Origin: a virus
IMG/VR virus record: IMGVR_UViG_3300032235_000776
Coordinates: 1 to 64,000 of that record
DNA: 64,000 bases
Direction: 5' to 3' (one strand)
In this document: positions 16,096-27,135 of the stretch, one piece after another
Position numbering within the stretch: position 1 is the stretch's first letter
Layout of the letters: every line of letters begins with the position of its first letter
Made by a program: the position numbers and the translations under genes
Notes under the pieces: model-generated
Seen by the model: only the letters and a program-made list of their open reading frames with translations
Told to the model about the DNA's origin: nothing
Databases searched by the model: none

Positions 16096-16860
16096 ATGAA
16101 AGATAAAATAATTTGTATTTACAAAATAGTAAATTTAACAAACAATAAAGTGTATGTAGGACAAACTAAAAATTATAAAAATAGAATTTATGATCATAAA
16201 TATACTTTAAATAAAAATACTTGTAAATGCAGAAAACTTCAAAATACATGGAATAAATATGGTGAAAATAATTTTAAATTTGAAATAATAGAAACATGCA
16301 CCAAAGATATATTAAGTGAAAGAGAAATATATTGGATTAATTTTTATGATTCTATGAAGAATGGTTATAACCTTGAAAATGGAGGTAGATTAAATAAAGA
16401 ATTATCCAAAGAAACTAAAAAACTTATGTCTACAAATAACCCAAGAGCTTGGAAAGGTAAATTTGGAAAAGAACATAATACTAGTAAAACAATACATCAA
16501 TATAGTTTAAAGGGAGACTACATAGCTAGTTATGGCAGTTGCTATGAGGCAGCCAGGATTTTAGGTAAAAATTATAAATCTATTAATTCATGTGTAAATA
16601 ACTCTTGTAAAAGTGCACATGGTTTTCAATGGACCTATGAATTTTATAAAGCAATAGATGTATATTATATTCCAAAAAAACAAAACTATTATCAAGAAAG
16701 AGCAGTTAATATGCTAGATAATAATGGGAATATTATAAAAACTTTTAACAGTGCAGCAGATGCTCAAAGAGAATTACAAAAAAATAAAAATAAAATATTT
16801 GAAGTGTGTAAAGGAAAAAGAAAACATTGGGCAGGATATAAATGGGAATATAAAATATGA
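16096..16860 (+). CDS. GIY-YIG homing endonuclease with NUMOD1-like repeats
   Basis: CIYKIVN..VYVGQT, ERE.YWI, GYN; two S..(E/D)A.R.L...C......G..W.Y repeats. Confidence 0.9.
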   Translation: MKDKIICIYKIVNLTNNKVYVGQTKNYKNRIYDHKYTLNKNTCKCRKLQNTWNKYGENNFKFEIIETCTKDILSEREIYWINFYDSMKNGYNLENGGRLNKELSKETKKLMSTNNPRAWKGKFGKEHNTSKTIHQYSLKGDYIASYGSCYEAARILGKNYKSINSCVNNSCKSAHGFQWTYEFYKAIDVYYIPKKQNYYQERAVNMLDNNGNIIKTFNSAADAQRELQKNKNKIFEVCKGKRKHWAGYKWEYKI

Positions 16861-19037
16861 GTTATTATAGTGCACCTTTATTTGATATAGAAACCGATAC
16901 TTGGTCCAAAAGAGATTTTGAGACTAAGATGGGAACAATTGACTTTGTTAAATCTCACTTTAAATATCCAAGTGAATATAATATTCAACATGCTGCAGGA
17001 GTATGGAATAGTGAAGCAAAAATCTTTTTAAGTAAGGGTTATTATAATGACTACATTACTAATAGTATTGACTTCCGTAGACACTGGGATTTTGAAAAAG
17101 AAAAATGTAGATTGGACGGATTTATCATTTATAAATATGGGGACTATGAGCAAGTAGTCCCTTCTTTGTATTACTGGTATTTAAACTATACTCCTATTTA
17201 TGATAAGGTAAAGAAGCAAATTACCTTTGCCGGCATATGGGACGGAGACCTACATACTTTTATGGCTCTCCTACTTTGTTTATTGACAGGTAGACACTTT
17301 GCTTGTCTAAAGAAAAGACAGTTTGGTATGTCCTTGAAAATCACTGCAGTACTTCTAAATGGAGTATGGTTTGGTGAAGCAGCAAGGGTAAAAATGTTTT
17401 CTTACTCAGGTGTACACACTGAAAACTCATGGGCATTCTTAGAACAATACAGAGACCACATTAATAAACATTGTGGTTGGAAAAGAGGTTTTGATCCTAA
17501 TAAATTCCTTGACTGGCAAGTTAGAAGAAGGAGAACAGATGGGTCCTATGTAGGTAATATGTCAATTCTAAAAGGACTCTCAACTGAAAAGGATGCTTCC
17601 AAACCAGTAGGGGGTGGTATTACATTAGCATTTGGGGAAGAGGCCGGTATTAATCCTAATCTTGATAAAACCCATGAATACGCATTACCTGCCGTAGGTA
17701 TTGGTGGTTTGACTACTGGTTTACTTATGTATTCAGGTTCTGTGGGTGAATTGGATAAATGTGAACCTCTAAAGAAATTCATGTTTAAACCAGAAGATTA
17801 TGGATTCTATTCATTTGATAATGTTTGTGAAGGAGATGAAGACCTTGGTAGAGTTGTAGGATTCTTTGCACCAGAGTGGTGGAACTACATGGATACTGAT
17901 CCTGATACAGGTGGTATTGTACTTTGTTTTGATGAAAATGGAAACACAGATAAAGAAAAGGCCCTAGCTTTAATTGAAAAGAATAGATTAATTGCAGCTC
18001 AAAAAGAACCTGAGATGTATAGATACTATTGTTCTCAAAGACCTTTATCTATTAAAGAGGCATTCTCCTATAGAAAAGAAAGTATATTCCCGGCTAATCT
18101 ATTAACCAGACAGGACTATAGAATTGAAAAAGGAATGTATGAACACAAACATTATGACATTGAAAGAGATGCAAATGGTAAACCAATATTTGTAAAAGCA
18201 AAGCATCTACCTATTGAAGCATTTCCATATCATCCAAAGAAAGATGAAATACCCTATGGTTGTATTAAAGTATGGGAAGATCCTATACCGGATGCTAAGT
18301 TTGGAACTTATTTTGCAGCAGTCGATCCAATTTCTGTAGATATCTCATCAACATCTGAGTCTTTATTCTCAGTTGTAATATACAAGAATTTAGTAGAAGT
18401 ACAGACTCAAGAAGATGATAAGGTAGTTACATCTCTTGAAGGAGATAAAATAGTAGCCGCTTATGTAGGAAGAAAAGAATCCCTACTGAAAACCAATGAG
18501 TTAGGTGAGATGCTAATTGAGAAGTACAATGCTTTCTCTGTAATTGAAAACAACGTAGATAACTTTGTTAAACACATGATTACAAAACATAAACAAAAGT
18601 ACATGGCAACAAAAGCAGATCTACCTTTCTTAAAAGAGCTAGGAACTAACTCAGAATCCTACCAAGAATATGGAGTAAGAACCAATGCTACAATGTGGAC
18701 TCACTACATTAATAAAATTCTTGAGTATCTCAAGGAAGAATTGGGTGTAGAAAACAAAAGTAATGGAGATAAAATAAGAACAATCTATGGAGTAGAAAGA
18801 ATTCCGGATAGACGATTGATAAAAGAATTACTAAACTTTACAGATACAAAGGGTAACTATGACCAAGTTGTAACTTTAGGATTAGTAATTGCCTTAGCAA
18901 AATCCAGACAGGCAAATGGATTAATTACAAAAGTTAAAAAGGACATGCCTGAACTTAAAAAAGTCAGTTATCAAATTGACAGAAACCCATTTAAAAACAT
19001 TAAAAGTACACGAAGTGCTTTTAAAAATCTAAAATAA
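16857..19037 (+). CDS. terL: terminase large subunit
   Basis: KKRQFGMS Walker A, FGEEAG Walker B, AAVDP nuclease, IENN; precedes portal. Confidence 0.9.
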   Translation: MSYYSAPLFDIETDTWSKRDFETKMGTIDFVKSHFKYPSEYNIQHAAGVWNSEAKIFLSKGYYNDYITNSIDFRRHWDFEKEKCRLDGFIIYKYGDYEQVVPSLYYWYLNYTPIYDKVKKQITFAGIWDGDLHTFMALLLCLLTGRHFACLKKRQFGMSLKITAVLLNGVWFGEAARVKMFSYSGVHTENSWAFLEQYRDHINKHCGWKRGFDPNKFLDWQVRRRRTDGSYVGNMSILKGLSTEKDASKPVGGGITLAFGEEAGINPNLDKTHEYALPAVGIGGLTTGLLMYSGSVGELDKCEPLKKFMFKPEDYGFYSFDNVCEGDEDLGRVVGFFAPEWWNYMDTDPDTGGIVLCFDENGNTDKEKALALIEKNRLIAAQKEPEMYRYYCSQRPLSIKEAFSYRKESIFPANLLTRQDYRIEKGMYEHKHYDIERDANGKPIFVKAKHLPIEAFPYHPKKDEIPYGCIKVWEDPIPDAKFGTYFAAVDPISVDISSTSESLFSVVIYKNLVEVQTQEDDKVVTSLEGDKIVAAYVGRKESLLKTNELGEMLIEKYNAFSVIENNVDNFVKHMITKHKQKYMATKADLPFLKELGTNSESYQEYGVRTNATMWTHYINKILEYLKEELGVENKSNGDKIRTIYGVERIPDRRLIKELLNFTDTKGNYDQVVTLGLVIALAKSRQANGLITKVKKDMPELKKVSYQIDRNPFKNIKSTRSAFKNLK

Positions 19038-19055
19038 TTCGTATATTAAATTAAA

Positions 19056-21800
19056 ATGAAAATACTAACCGCTTGGGACTTACAACATGGGCAGAAAGCA
19101 GAACCAAAAAAACTTGGATCTGTTTGGCAACCTATACAAATGGTACCTAAGGCCGAGAAAGACGAAGAGTGGAAAAAAACTAACGTAGACTGGTTTGAAA
19201 GTCTTGGTATTAGACAACTCCGTAAAAAGTATAAGAGAACAATTAAGAACTATAGACTTGCAAAAGGTATTATAGAAACAGAAGATTATGTTACTTCTGA
19301 AGACAATGAATATACCGGCATGCTTGAAAAAGTAAAAGGGGATGACTATGATCCACACGTATTGTCTCTTTCATTTTTCCCAATTATTCCAAATGCTATC
19401 AATGTACTTGTAGGTGAATTCTCAAAAAGAAACACTAAGATTACTGTACAGGCTGTAGATGAGTTTTCAAAGAATGAAAAACTTGATGCTAAGATTGATA
19501 ACATTAGAGAATACATGGAGGCTAAAGCTCAATCTAAATTAGTTCAAAAACTTTTAGCTTCTGGATATCAACCACAATCAGAGGAAGAAGTTGCTCAAAT
19601 GAAGCAACAACTTAATCAACAAGTTAAATCTTTACCTGAAATTCAAGACATTTACAGAAAAAAATACAGATCAATAGTAGAACAATGGGGTCAACATCAA
19701 ATCAATATTGATGATGAAAGATTCAAAATGTTTGAACTTGAGAATACTGCATTCAGGGATTATCTAATTACTGACTCGGAATTCTGGCATATTGACTTAA
19801 GAGAAGATGATTATAAAGTAGAGGTTTGGTCTCCACTTCATACTTTCTATCACAAGTCACCAGATGTTAAATATGTAGCTGATGGTAACTACGTAGGTAG
19901 AATTCTAATGATGTCTATTCCGGATGTAATTGACAGATATGGTTATTCTTTAAAAGATGAGGAAGTAAAATCCCTTGAGTATATTTATAATACAACTTTA
20001 CTTCCGATGCCGGCCGGTACAGAAAATACTTTGTACTATGATCCAGCAAGAGGAGTAAATGATCAATCTCCTAACTCTAAAGCAATGCATGACTTACTTG
20101 CTGCAAGAGATATGGTAAGTGATACTAATCTGACTTCTGAAACTTCATTCCTTGGTTGGCTAAACCAAGCATCTGATACTGACCCTTTTAACAAAGGTAT
20201 GGTAAGGGTAACTGAGGTATATTGGAAGTCACAAAAAAGAGTAGGTTACTTAACTAAAATTAATGATCAAGGTGAGGTTGAAACAGATATAGTTACTGAA
20301 GACTATGTAATTATAAATGAACCTTTATTTGATGAGTCTTTCAAAAAGAAAAGAGATGCTGAAACATTAATATTTGGAGAATACATTGAGTGGTTCTGGA
20401 TTAATGAAGTGTGGAGAGGTAAGAAAATTAATACCTTACTTGCACCGGCATTCACAAAGAACTATTCATTTGAACCAATTTATATAGATGTAGCTCCACT
20501 TCCTTTCCAATTTAAAGCTGAAAATGATTTATGGAATGCTAAACTACCGGTAGAAGGTATTACATGTACAGATACTCGTTTGAATATTCCTACTTCTATG
20601 GTAGACTTAATGAAGCCATATCAAGTAATCTATAATCTAGTAAATAACCAGGTTAAAGATATCCTTATTGATGAAGTAGGTAGTGTTGTACTTTTAGATC
20701 AAAACTACTTACCAAAAAATTCAATGGGTGAAGATTGGGGTCAAAACAACTTAGCAAAAGCTTATGTTGCAATGAAAGACTTCCAGATCCTTCCTTTGGA
20801 TACATCGATGGAAAACCTTGAGGGTAGAGCAGGATTTAATCACTACCAAGTATTAAACCTTGAACAAACACAAAGATTATTCTCTCGTTTAAAAGTTGGT
20901 GAATGGGCTAAAATGGAAGCATTTGCTACAATTGGTATTACCCCACAGAGATTAGGATCAGTAGCTGCTTCAGAAACAGCAACCGGTACACAGGCTGCAG
21001 TTAATAACTCATACTCACAAACAGAAACCTACTTTACAAATCACATTAACTTCATCATGCCAAGAGTAAAAGAGATGATGATTAATGCTGCTCAATATTA
21101 CCAATCAAGTAATCCAAGTCTTAACTTACAATATACTACTTCTGATGAAGAAAATATAATGTTCTCATTGGATGGAGCTAAATTACTTGCAAGAGATATC
21201 CAAGTTTATACTCACTTTAAGCCAGATGCTAGAGCTGTATTGGATCAAATGAAACAATTGATTTTACAAAACAATACTTCCGGGGCAAATATTTATGACC
21301 TATTAAAGATTGTATCTTCAAATACTCCATCTGAGGTTGTTGAAGCTGCTAAGAAATCTGTTGATGACTTTAATGCACAGACTCAACAAAAACAACAGCA
21401 TGAACAAGAAATGATGCAGCAACAAATTCAAGCTAAACAACAAGAGCTTGCTGATCAAAGAAGTTACGAGTCTCAAGAGAATGATAAAGATAGACAAACT
21501 AAACTTGCAGAAGCTACAATTAAAGCAATGGGCTTTGCAAATGAGTCTGATGTTGATCTTAATGCTGTACCGGATGTATTGGAAATTGAAAGATTCAATG
21601 CTCAACTTGGTCAGTTTCAAGAAAAACTATTGATGGACAAAGAAAAGATGAGTAGTCAAAGGGATATTGAAAACAAAAAGATCTCTTTAAAAGAGCAAGA
21701 ATTAATGACTAAGAGAGAAATTGCAGAGAAACAATTAGAGATTGCAAGGGAAAATAAGACCAATGCTGAACTAAAAAGAGATAAAAGCAATAAGAAATAA
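19056..21800 (+). CDS. portal protein
   Basis: 914 aa after TerL; SMVDLMKPYQ..YN, GITPQRLG; coiled-coil C-terminus. Confidence 0.88.
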   Translation: MKILTAWDLQHGQKAEPKKLGSVWQPIQMVPKAEKDEEWKKTNVDWFESLGIRQLRKKYKRTIKNYRLAKGIIETEDYVTSEDNEYTGMLEKVKGDDYDPHVLSLSFFPIIPNAINVLVGEFSKRNTKITVQAVDEFSKNEKLDAKIDNIREYMEAKAQSKLVQKLLASGYQPQSEEEVAQMKQQLNQQVKSLPEIQDIYRKKYRSIVEQWGQHQINIDDERFKMFELENTAFRDYLITDSEFWHIDLREDDYKVEVWSPLHTFYHKSPDVKYVADGNYVGRILMMSIPDVIDRYGYSLKDEEVKSLEYIYNTTLLPMPAGTENTLYYDPARGVNDQSPNSKAMHDLLAARDMVSDTNLTSETSFLGWLNQASDTDPFNKGMVRVTEVYWKSQKRVGYLTKINDQGEVETDIVTEDYVIINEPLFDESFKKKRDAETLIFGEYIEWFWINEVWRGKKINTLLAPAFTKNYSFEPIYIDVAPLPFQFKAENDLWNAKLPVEGITCTDTRLNIPTSMVDLMKPYQVIYNLVNNQVKDILIDEVGSVVLLDQNYLPKNSMGEDWGQNNLAKAYVAMKDFQILPLDTSMENLEGRAGFNHYQVLNLEQTQRLFSRLKVGEWAKMEAFATIGITPQRLGSVAASETATGTQAAVNNSYSQTETYFTNHINFIMPRVKEMMINAAQYYQSSNPSLNLQYTTSDEENIMFSLDGAKLLARDIQVYTHFKPDARAVLDQMKQLILQNNTSGANIYDLLKIVSSNTPSEVVEAAKKSVDDFNAQTQQKQQHEQEMMQQQIQAKQQELADQRSYESQENDKDRQTKLAEATIKAMGFANESDVDLNAVPDVLEIERFNAQLGQFQEKLLMDKEKMSSQRDIENKKISLKEQELMTKREIAEKQLEIARENKTNAELKRDKSNKK

Positions 21801-21900
21801 CAAGAGTTAGCTATAGTTAAAAATTCAAATACAGATAATAATAAAATAAATTATTTTTATTATTTTTTATTGACAGTAAATCATAAAAAACCAAATATAT

Positions 21901-23094
21901 ATGACAGAGAAAGACAACATAGTAAATGAATCCTACGTAGAAAGTTTCTTCGGAGGAGTTGGTGAAACCCAAGTTGCGGCACCCATTACTAAAACAGATG
22001 AAGAAGAGGATACTGATAAAGATAAAAAATCAGAATCTAATTTTTCATTTAAAACAGATGAGACGGAAGTTCCAATCAATAAATTAATTGATGTGGAAAA
22101 AGAAGAACTTGCAATTGAAGAGGATGAAGATATTATCATTCCTTCAGCAAAAGAGACTAAACCAAAATCAGTTTCTACAGATAGCAATTTAAATTCTGCA
22201 GTATCTGAATTAATTAAAGAAGGCTTGATCTTTGGATTTGATGGAGAAGAAGAAATTAAATCTATAGAAGATTTAAAAGAACTTATTCAGGCTAATAAAG
22301 AAGAATGGAAAAAAGAAGCCTTAGAAAATGAACTGGATGAAGTCTTTAGTGCATTACCGGAAGATCTCCAATATGCAGTAGACTATGTAAAGAATGGTGG
22401 TAGAGATTTAAAATCACTATTCAAAGTTCTTGCACAGACTCAAGACATTAAAGGGTTTGATGTAGGTACTGACCAAAAAGAAATTACAAGAACTTATTTG
22501 GAGTATACTAAATTTGGTACTCCAGAAGAAATTGAAGAACAACTATCAGAGTGGGAAGACATGGATTTACTTGATAAGAAAGCAGAACAGTTTAAACCAA
22601 AGTTAGAAAAGCTTCAAGAAAAAGTAGTACAGGAAAAGTTAGCAGAGCAAGAAGAAGTTAAAAAGTATCAGAAGCAATTAATTAAAAATTATTTTGATGG
22701 TGTTACTGAAGCTCTTCAAGACAAAAACTTAAATGGTATTACAATTAATAAAGATGAGCAGGCTTCTATATATGAAGATTTAACTGCTAATAATTATGTG
22801 TCGAGTAGAACCGGCCAACCAATTAACTACCTAGGAAAATTCCTAGAACATATTACTTGGGATGAGCCAAACTACAAAATGCTAGCTGAGTTAACTCTAT
22901 TTGCTAAGAACCCAGAAAAGTACAGAGAAAAAATTAGAGCCTCTGTAAAAGCAAGTGAAGCTGAAAACACAGTTAGAAAATTAAAAACTGCACAGGGTGG
23001 ATTAAAACCATCTACAACTCCAGTTGAAGAAGAACCTAACAAATTTACAATTCCAAAGAAATCTATAACAAGAAACTCAATTTTAAGAAAATAA
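21901..23094 (+). CDS. acidic scaffold-like protein between portal and MCP
   Basis: crAss-like synteny; acidic, coiled-coil. Confidence 0.65.
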   Translation: MTEKDNIVNESYVESFFGGVGETQVAAPITKTDEEEDTDKDKKSESNFSFKTDETEVPINKLIDVEKEELAIEEDEDIIIPSAKETKPKSVSTDSNLNSAVSELIKEGLIFGFDGEEEIKSIEDLKELIQANKEEWKKEALENELDEVFSALPEDLQYAVDYVKNGGRDLKSLFKVLAQTQDIKGFDVGTDQKEITRTYLEYTKFGTPEEIEEQLSEWEDMDLLDKKAEQFKPKLEKLQEKVVQEKLAEQEEVKKYQKQLIKNYFDGVTEALQDKNLNGITINKDEQASIYEDLTANNYVSSRTGQPINYLGKFLEHITWDEPNYKMLAELTLFAKNPEKYREKIRASVKASEAENTVRKLKTAQGGLKPSTTPVEEEPNKFTIPKKSITRNSILRK

Positions 23095-23105
23095 AATAAA
23101 TAACA

Positions 23106-24719
23106 ATGGCAACACCAGTATTAAACAATGGTATATTCCTTAGAGATACCAAGTACGACCCGATGGGTACCCACTTTGACCGTGCCCACTTATCAACTTT
23201 ATCACCTACATCTTCTGATGACATGGGTATTATCGACTTATGGGCTCAAACCCAAAAGAAAGAGATGCCTCTTTACACAATGTCTTCATTTGGTGGTAAA
23301 AACACTATTTACACAGAGAACCAGAAATACAAATGGAAAGTTCCTGTACAATCTGTAATGCCTTACATCGTTGAGGACATTATTCCTGTAGACGTTGAAA
23401 AGCCAGGTGTCGATGGACAAACTTTCCAAATTAAGTTGAACAACAACTATTTTGGTCATAGCTCTATCATCACTTATGACAAATACAACGGTTTAGAAAT
23501 GTATGTAACTGAAGATCCAATTCTTCGTCATGGTGATGGTTATGTATACACTGTTAAGTTGATGAACAACAAAAACAGTCAGTACATTGACAGATCATTC
23601 TTGAAGCCAGGTACACACGTATTCAGAAAAGGTTCTGTAAGAGATGAGCACTCAACAATGTTTGATGACTTCAAATTTGCTGATGGCGGTTACAGAGAAT
23701 TCTTCAACTGGGTAGGTACCGGTAGAGCTAACTCTCATTACTCAGTATCTGATACTGCAGCTCAAATGGGTATGGCTAATGAAGTAGTTGAGTTGATTAA
23801 AATCGACGATTCTATGGATCCTAACGTACAAAAAATTGAAGATCTAGTAGCTTTACGTGGTAAAGACTACATGAAAGGTCTTGCTAAAGATGGTAAATTA
23901 AACTACACTTGGTTACGTAAAGTAGACGCTGCACACATGAAGAAAGTCATGATGGACGTAGAAAACTACTTAATGTGGGGTCAAGGTGGTTGGGTTCGTG
24001 GTAACATGGGTCCAGATGACACCTACTTACCAGTTGGTTTGTGGAAACAGTTAGACAACGGTTACAAAGTTGTTTACACTCGTGACTCTTTCAACTTCAG
24101 TATGTTTGAAAATGAAATTTTCAACTTCTTCAATGGTAAAGTAAACTTTGAAGGTCCAGATTCTGGTCGTAAATTGATCGTTCAAACCGGTAAAGCTGGT
24201 ATGAAGATGATCCACAATGCGATTCAAAGAGAGGTTGCTGCATCAGGTATGTTGTTAAATGCTACTGATGTAGGATCATTGAGCGGTGAAAGAATGAACC
24301 TTGAGTGGGGAATTTCTTACACTAAGATCAAGATTCCTTTCTTGGCTAACCTTGAGTTCGTTTATAACGCTGCATTTGACAACGTTAACCAGAACTCAAT
24401 TGAAAACCCATTGATCGAAGGTTACAACTTGAGTTCTTACTCATTCATTATCTATGACTTCAACTATGCTCAAGGTTCTGACAACATTAAATTGTTAAAA
24501 TGGGCTCCAGGTAAAGATGTAGCTACTTCTGATATGAGATGGTTCTTCCAAAACGGTACCTTTGATTACTTCGGTAAAAAATCAGGTTTCGCTTCAACCG
24601 GTAACTTCTCTGGTTATAAGGTATTCTTCGAAATGAACTACCCTGCTATCTGGGTACAAGACCCCACCAAGGTTCTGAAGTTCGTTATGAAAAACCCTAT
24701 CACTGGCGGTTCACTTTAA
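23106..24719 (+). CDS. major capsid protein
   Basis: Synteny, 537 aa, strong high-expression codon bias (AAC/TTC/CGT), strong terminator after. Confidence 0.85.
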   Translation: MATPVLNNGIFLRDTKYDPMGTHFDRAHLSTLSPTSSDDMGIIDLWAQTQKKEMPLYTMSSFGGKNTIYTENQKYKWKVPVQSVMPYIVEDIIPVDVEKPGVDGQTFQIKLNNNYFGHSSIITYDKYNGLEMYVTEDPILRHGDGYVYTVKLMNNKNSQYIDRSFLKPGTHVFRKGSVRDEHSTMFDDFKFADGGYREFFNWVGTGRANSHYSVSDTAAQMGMANEVVELIKIDDSMDPNVQKIEDLVALRGKDYMKGLAKDGKLNYTWLRKVDAAHMKKVMMDVENYLMWGQGGWVRGNMGPDDTYLPVGLWKQLDNGYKVVYTRDSFNFSMFENEIFNFFNGKVNFEGPDSGRKLIVQTGKAGMKMIHNAIQREVAASGMLLNATDVGSLSGERMNLEWGISYTKIKIPFLANLEFVYNAAFDNVNQNSIENPLIEGYNLSSYSFIIYDFNYAQGSDNIKLLKWAPGKDVATSDMRWFFQNGTFDYFGKKSGFASTGNFSGYKVFFEMNYPAIWVQDPTKVLKFVMKNPITGGSL

Positions 24720-24732
24720 TATTATTCTATAT

Positions 24733-24764
24733 ACTCCCTGCAGAACAAAACTGCAGGGAGTTTT
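24733..24764 (+). terminator. intrinsic terminator after MCP
   Basis: ACTCCCTGCAG/CTGCAGGGAGT plus T-tract. Confidence 0.85.
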
Positions 24765-24765
24765 A

Positions 24766-24813
24766 GTCAAACCTTTAGTAGGAGAGTTCAATGGTTCGAA
24801 TCCATGTTTGACA
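24766..24813 (+). ncRNA. mini tRNA-like element (acceptor + T arm only)
   Basis: GTCAAAC/GTTTGAC-A and ATGG-TTCGAAT-CCAT; no anticodon arm. Confidence 0.6.
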
Positions 24814-24835
24814 CAAATCAAAAACCAAAAAAGTA

Positions 24836-25813
24836 ATGGCAACAGCAACTAAAAAAGCAAAAGTAGATCTAACCCGTAGAGTATCGGTTAGACAATTTGT
24901 AGACTCAGAGATCTTTAACATGGGTCTAGAACAGTATGGACTATCAGTATTCTCAGGTGAGAACGGTAATGGTGGTCACAAAGAATGGTTAGGTTACAAA
25001 GAAATGGGTGATGTATCTGTATATTTAACAGGTCTTGATCCAACTGCAAGTTACATAACCAAAATTGAAAACGAAGAAAAAAGAGAAGCCATGATTGCTC
25101 AAATTAAAGAAATCAAAGGCATCCTTGAAGAACGTTATGGAAAAGATAATCTTGACCCTAAGAATAAAGCATTCTGGTCAAAGATTTTCATCGATGTAAG
25201 AGTTCCTATTCTTGAGTTAGACTTGAAAGAACCAAAGGATTTAATTCTGTATTGTGCAATTAAAGCTATGGGATTTTCAGAAATTGCTCCTTCATATGAG
25301 CATGCTAAGAATTCAAATAAGAATTACAAGTTCTATCTTCATGAAGAAGCTGAGGTAATGAATATTAAAGTAGAAGTTACAAGACTTAGAAATAAAGCTA
25401 AAGTACTTCTGGAAAATATTTATGAGTCAGATGCTGAACATTTATTCTTATTAGCAAAAACATATCTTGCAGTTGAAAGAGGATATAACAGAAAAACTCC
25501 AATTGATACCTTATATGAAGATATCAATAGCATGATTGATGGTGATGCAACAAGAACTAACATCAAAGAAATGCCTAAGTTATTTATTGAATTAGCAAAT
25601 ATGACTAAGGTAGATTTAAGATATAAAGCAATTGTTAAAGAGTGTAGTTACCAAAAAGCTCTTGACAAAGACAAAGATAATAGAATCGTAAACAAACTTA
25701 CTGGTAATACGCTAGGTAAAACTGAAGACGATGCAATTGAATACTTAAAGAATCCATTGCACCAAGAAGATTTACTTGCTCTTACTGAGAAGGCAGACAA
25801 AATTTGGAAGTAA
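24836..25813 (+). CDS. conserved crAss-like protein downstream of MCP
   Basis: Synteny. Confidence 0.65.
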   Translation: MATATKKAKVDLTRRVSVRQFVDSEIFNMGLEQYGLSVFSGENGNGGHKEWLGYKEMGDVSVYLTGLDPTASYITKIENEEKREAMIAQIKEIKGILEERYGKDNLDPKNKAFWSKIFIDVRVPILELDLKEPKDLILYCAIKAMGFSEIAPSYEHAKNSNKNYKFYLHEEAEVMNIKVEVTRLRNKAKVLLENIYESDAEHLFLLAKTYLAVERGYNRKTPIDTLYEDINSMIDGDATRTNIKEMPKLFIELANMTKVDLRYKAIVKECSYQKALDKDKDNRIVNKLTGNTLGKTEDDAIEYLKNPLHQEDLLALTEKADKIWK

Positions 25814-26508
25814 TGAATGTACAGTTAGTATGGATAAAAATTAAAGAAAGACTAAACAAGTTGGATAGCAATGACTATGATAATATTCAATGCTGGCAAA
25901 TTGTAGAGGCTTTCAATAAAGCTCAAAAAGAATGGAGCAGAAGACAACTTCATGGTTATAATACTATGAAAGAGGGTATGGAACAAACTACCCGTAGAGT
26001 CACTGACTTACAAGTCCTACTAGCTGATGTTAACCTTACAGGTTCAAATCAATATAACTATTTTGAAAGCGATAACTTTCCAGTTGACTTTTTAGAGTTT
26101 AACAGAGTATCTGCAGATGCTACTACAAAAGAGTGTCCAGCAAAGAAACTAATAGTAAGATTTTTAGAGAATGGGAACCTTGACGAATGGTTAAGGGACC
26201 CAGCTCTAGATCCTAATTTTGAATGGGGAGAAACTTTTAATACTATCTCTGGTAATAAAGTAAGAATCTACCATGAAAATAAGTTTAACATAATTAACCC
26301 GGTATTAAGTTATTACAGACAACCAAGAAATATTTCTTTAGCAGGTTGTCCTGATATTAACGGTAATGATTTAGGAGATATTGATCCTGAATTTAAAGAT
26401 GATATTGTTGAGTTAATTATCGATGATGCTGCAGCTATATTAGCTGGAGATATTGAGTCTTGGAACCAATCAATGAATAGTAAGAAAAGAGCAGAAGAAA
26501 ATAACTAA
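25813..26508 (+). CDS. putative head-tail ring/adaptor protein
   Basis: Synteny; AFNKAQ, YYRQP motifs; TAATG overlap. Confidence 0.6.
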   Translation: MNVQLVWIKIKERLNKLDSNDYDNIQCWQIVEAFNKAQKEWSRRQLHGYNTMKEGMEQTTRRVTDLQVLLADVNLTGSNQYNYFESDNFPVDFLEFNRVSADATTKECPAKKLIVRFLENGNLDEWLRDPALDPNFEWGETFNTISGNKVRIYHENKFNIINPVLSYYRQPRNISLAGCPDINGNDLGDIDPEFKDDIVELIIDDAAAILAGDIESWNQSMNSKKRAEENN

Positions 26509-26627
26509 TTGGAAATGTATATAGAAATAAATATAGATTTGTTAGAAATTCCCAAAATAGTGAAAAAAATAATTAAAATTTAAAAAATTTACCGTATATT
26601 TAATTATAAAACTTTATTTTAAACACA

Positions 26628-27101
26628 ATGATCAAAAAATATTTATCCCAAGGAGTTGTTCTTGACACCAAAGGAAAAGATGGCGTTCACAATTTTGATT
26701 TAGAAAACTACGTTGTTAGTGTTCTAAACAAAACCGAAACATGCTGCGTAAGAAATATTGTAGCCACCTCAGTTACTGCAACTTCTGGTTTACTTGCTGT
26801 ATTTATTCCAAGTGCTGCACAAAACAATATTACTGCAGGCACTGGTGGTGCAATTGCAATTACTAATTACTTAACTACAATTAATACTGATGCAGGTGGC
26901 GACGCTTTTACATTAGCAAATGGTAGTACTCCAGGTCAACTTAAGAAAATTCTTTTAGTTGCTGATGGTGGTGGTAACGCAACAATTACACTTACTGGTT
27001 ACACCTCAATTGTAATGAATGATGCAGCTGACTACGTAATTTTACAATGGACTGGTACCGCATGGATTGCAATTGAAAATTCAGGCGCTACATTATCTTA
27101 A
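26628..27101 (+). CDS. putative virion decoration protein
   Basis: Gly/Ala/Thr-rich beta domain (LANGSTPGQLKKI...LQWTGTAW). Confidence 0.55.
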   Translation: MIKKYLSQGVVLDTKGKDGVHNFDLENYVVSVLNKTETCCVRNIVATSVTATSGLLAVFIPSAAQNNITAGTGGAIAITNYLTTINTDAGGDAFTLANGSTPGQLKKILLVADGGGNATITLTGYTSIVMNDAADYVILQWTGTAWIAIENSGATLS

Positions 27102-27135
27102 TAAACACTTTAATTTTTAAAAACAAATATAAACA

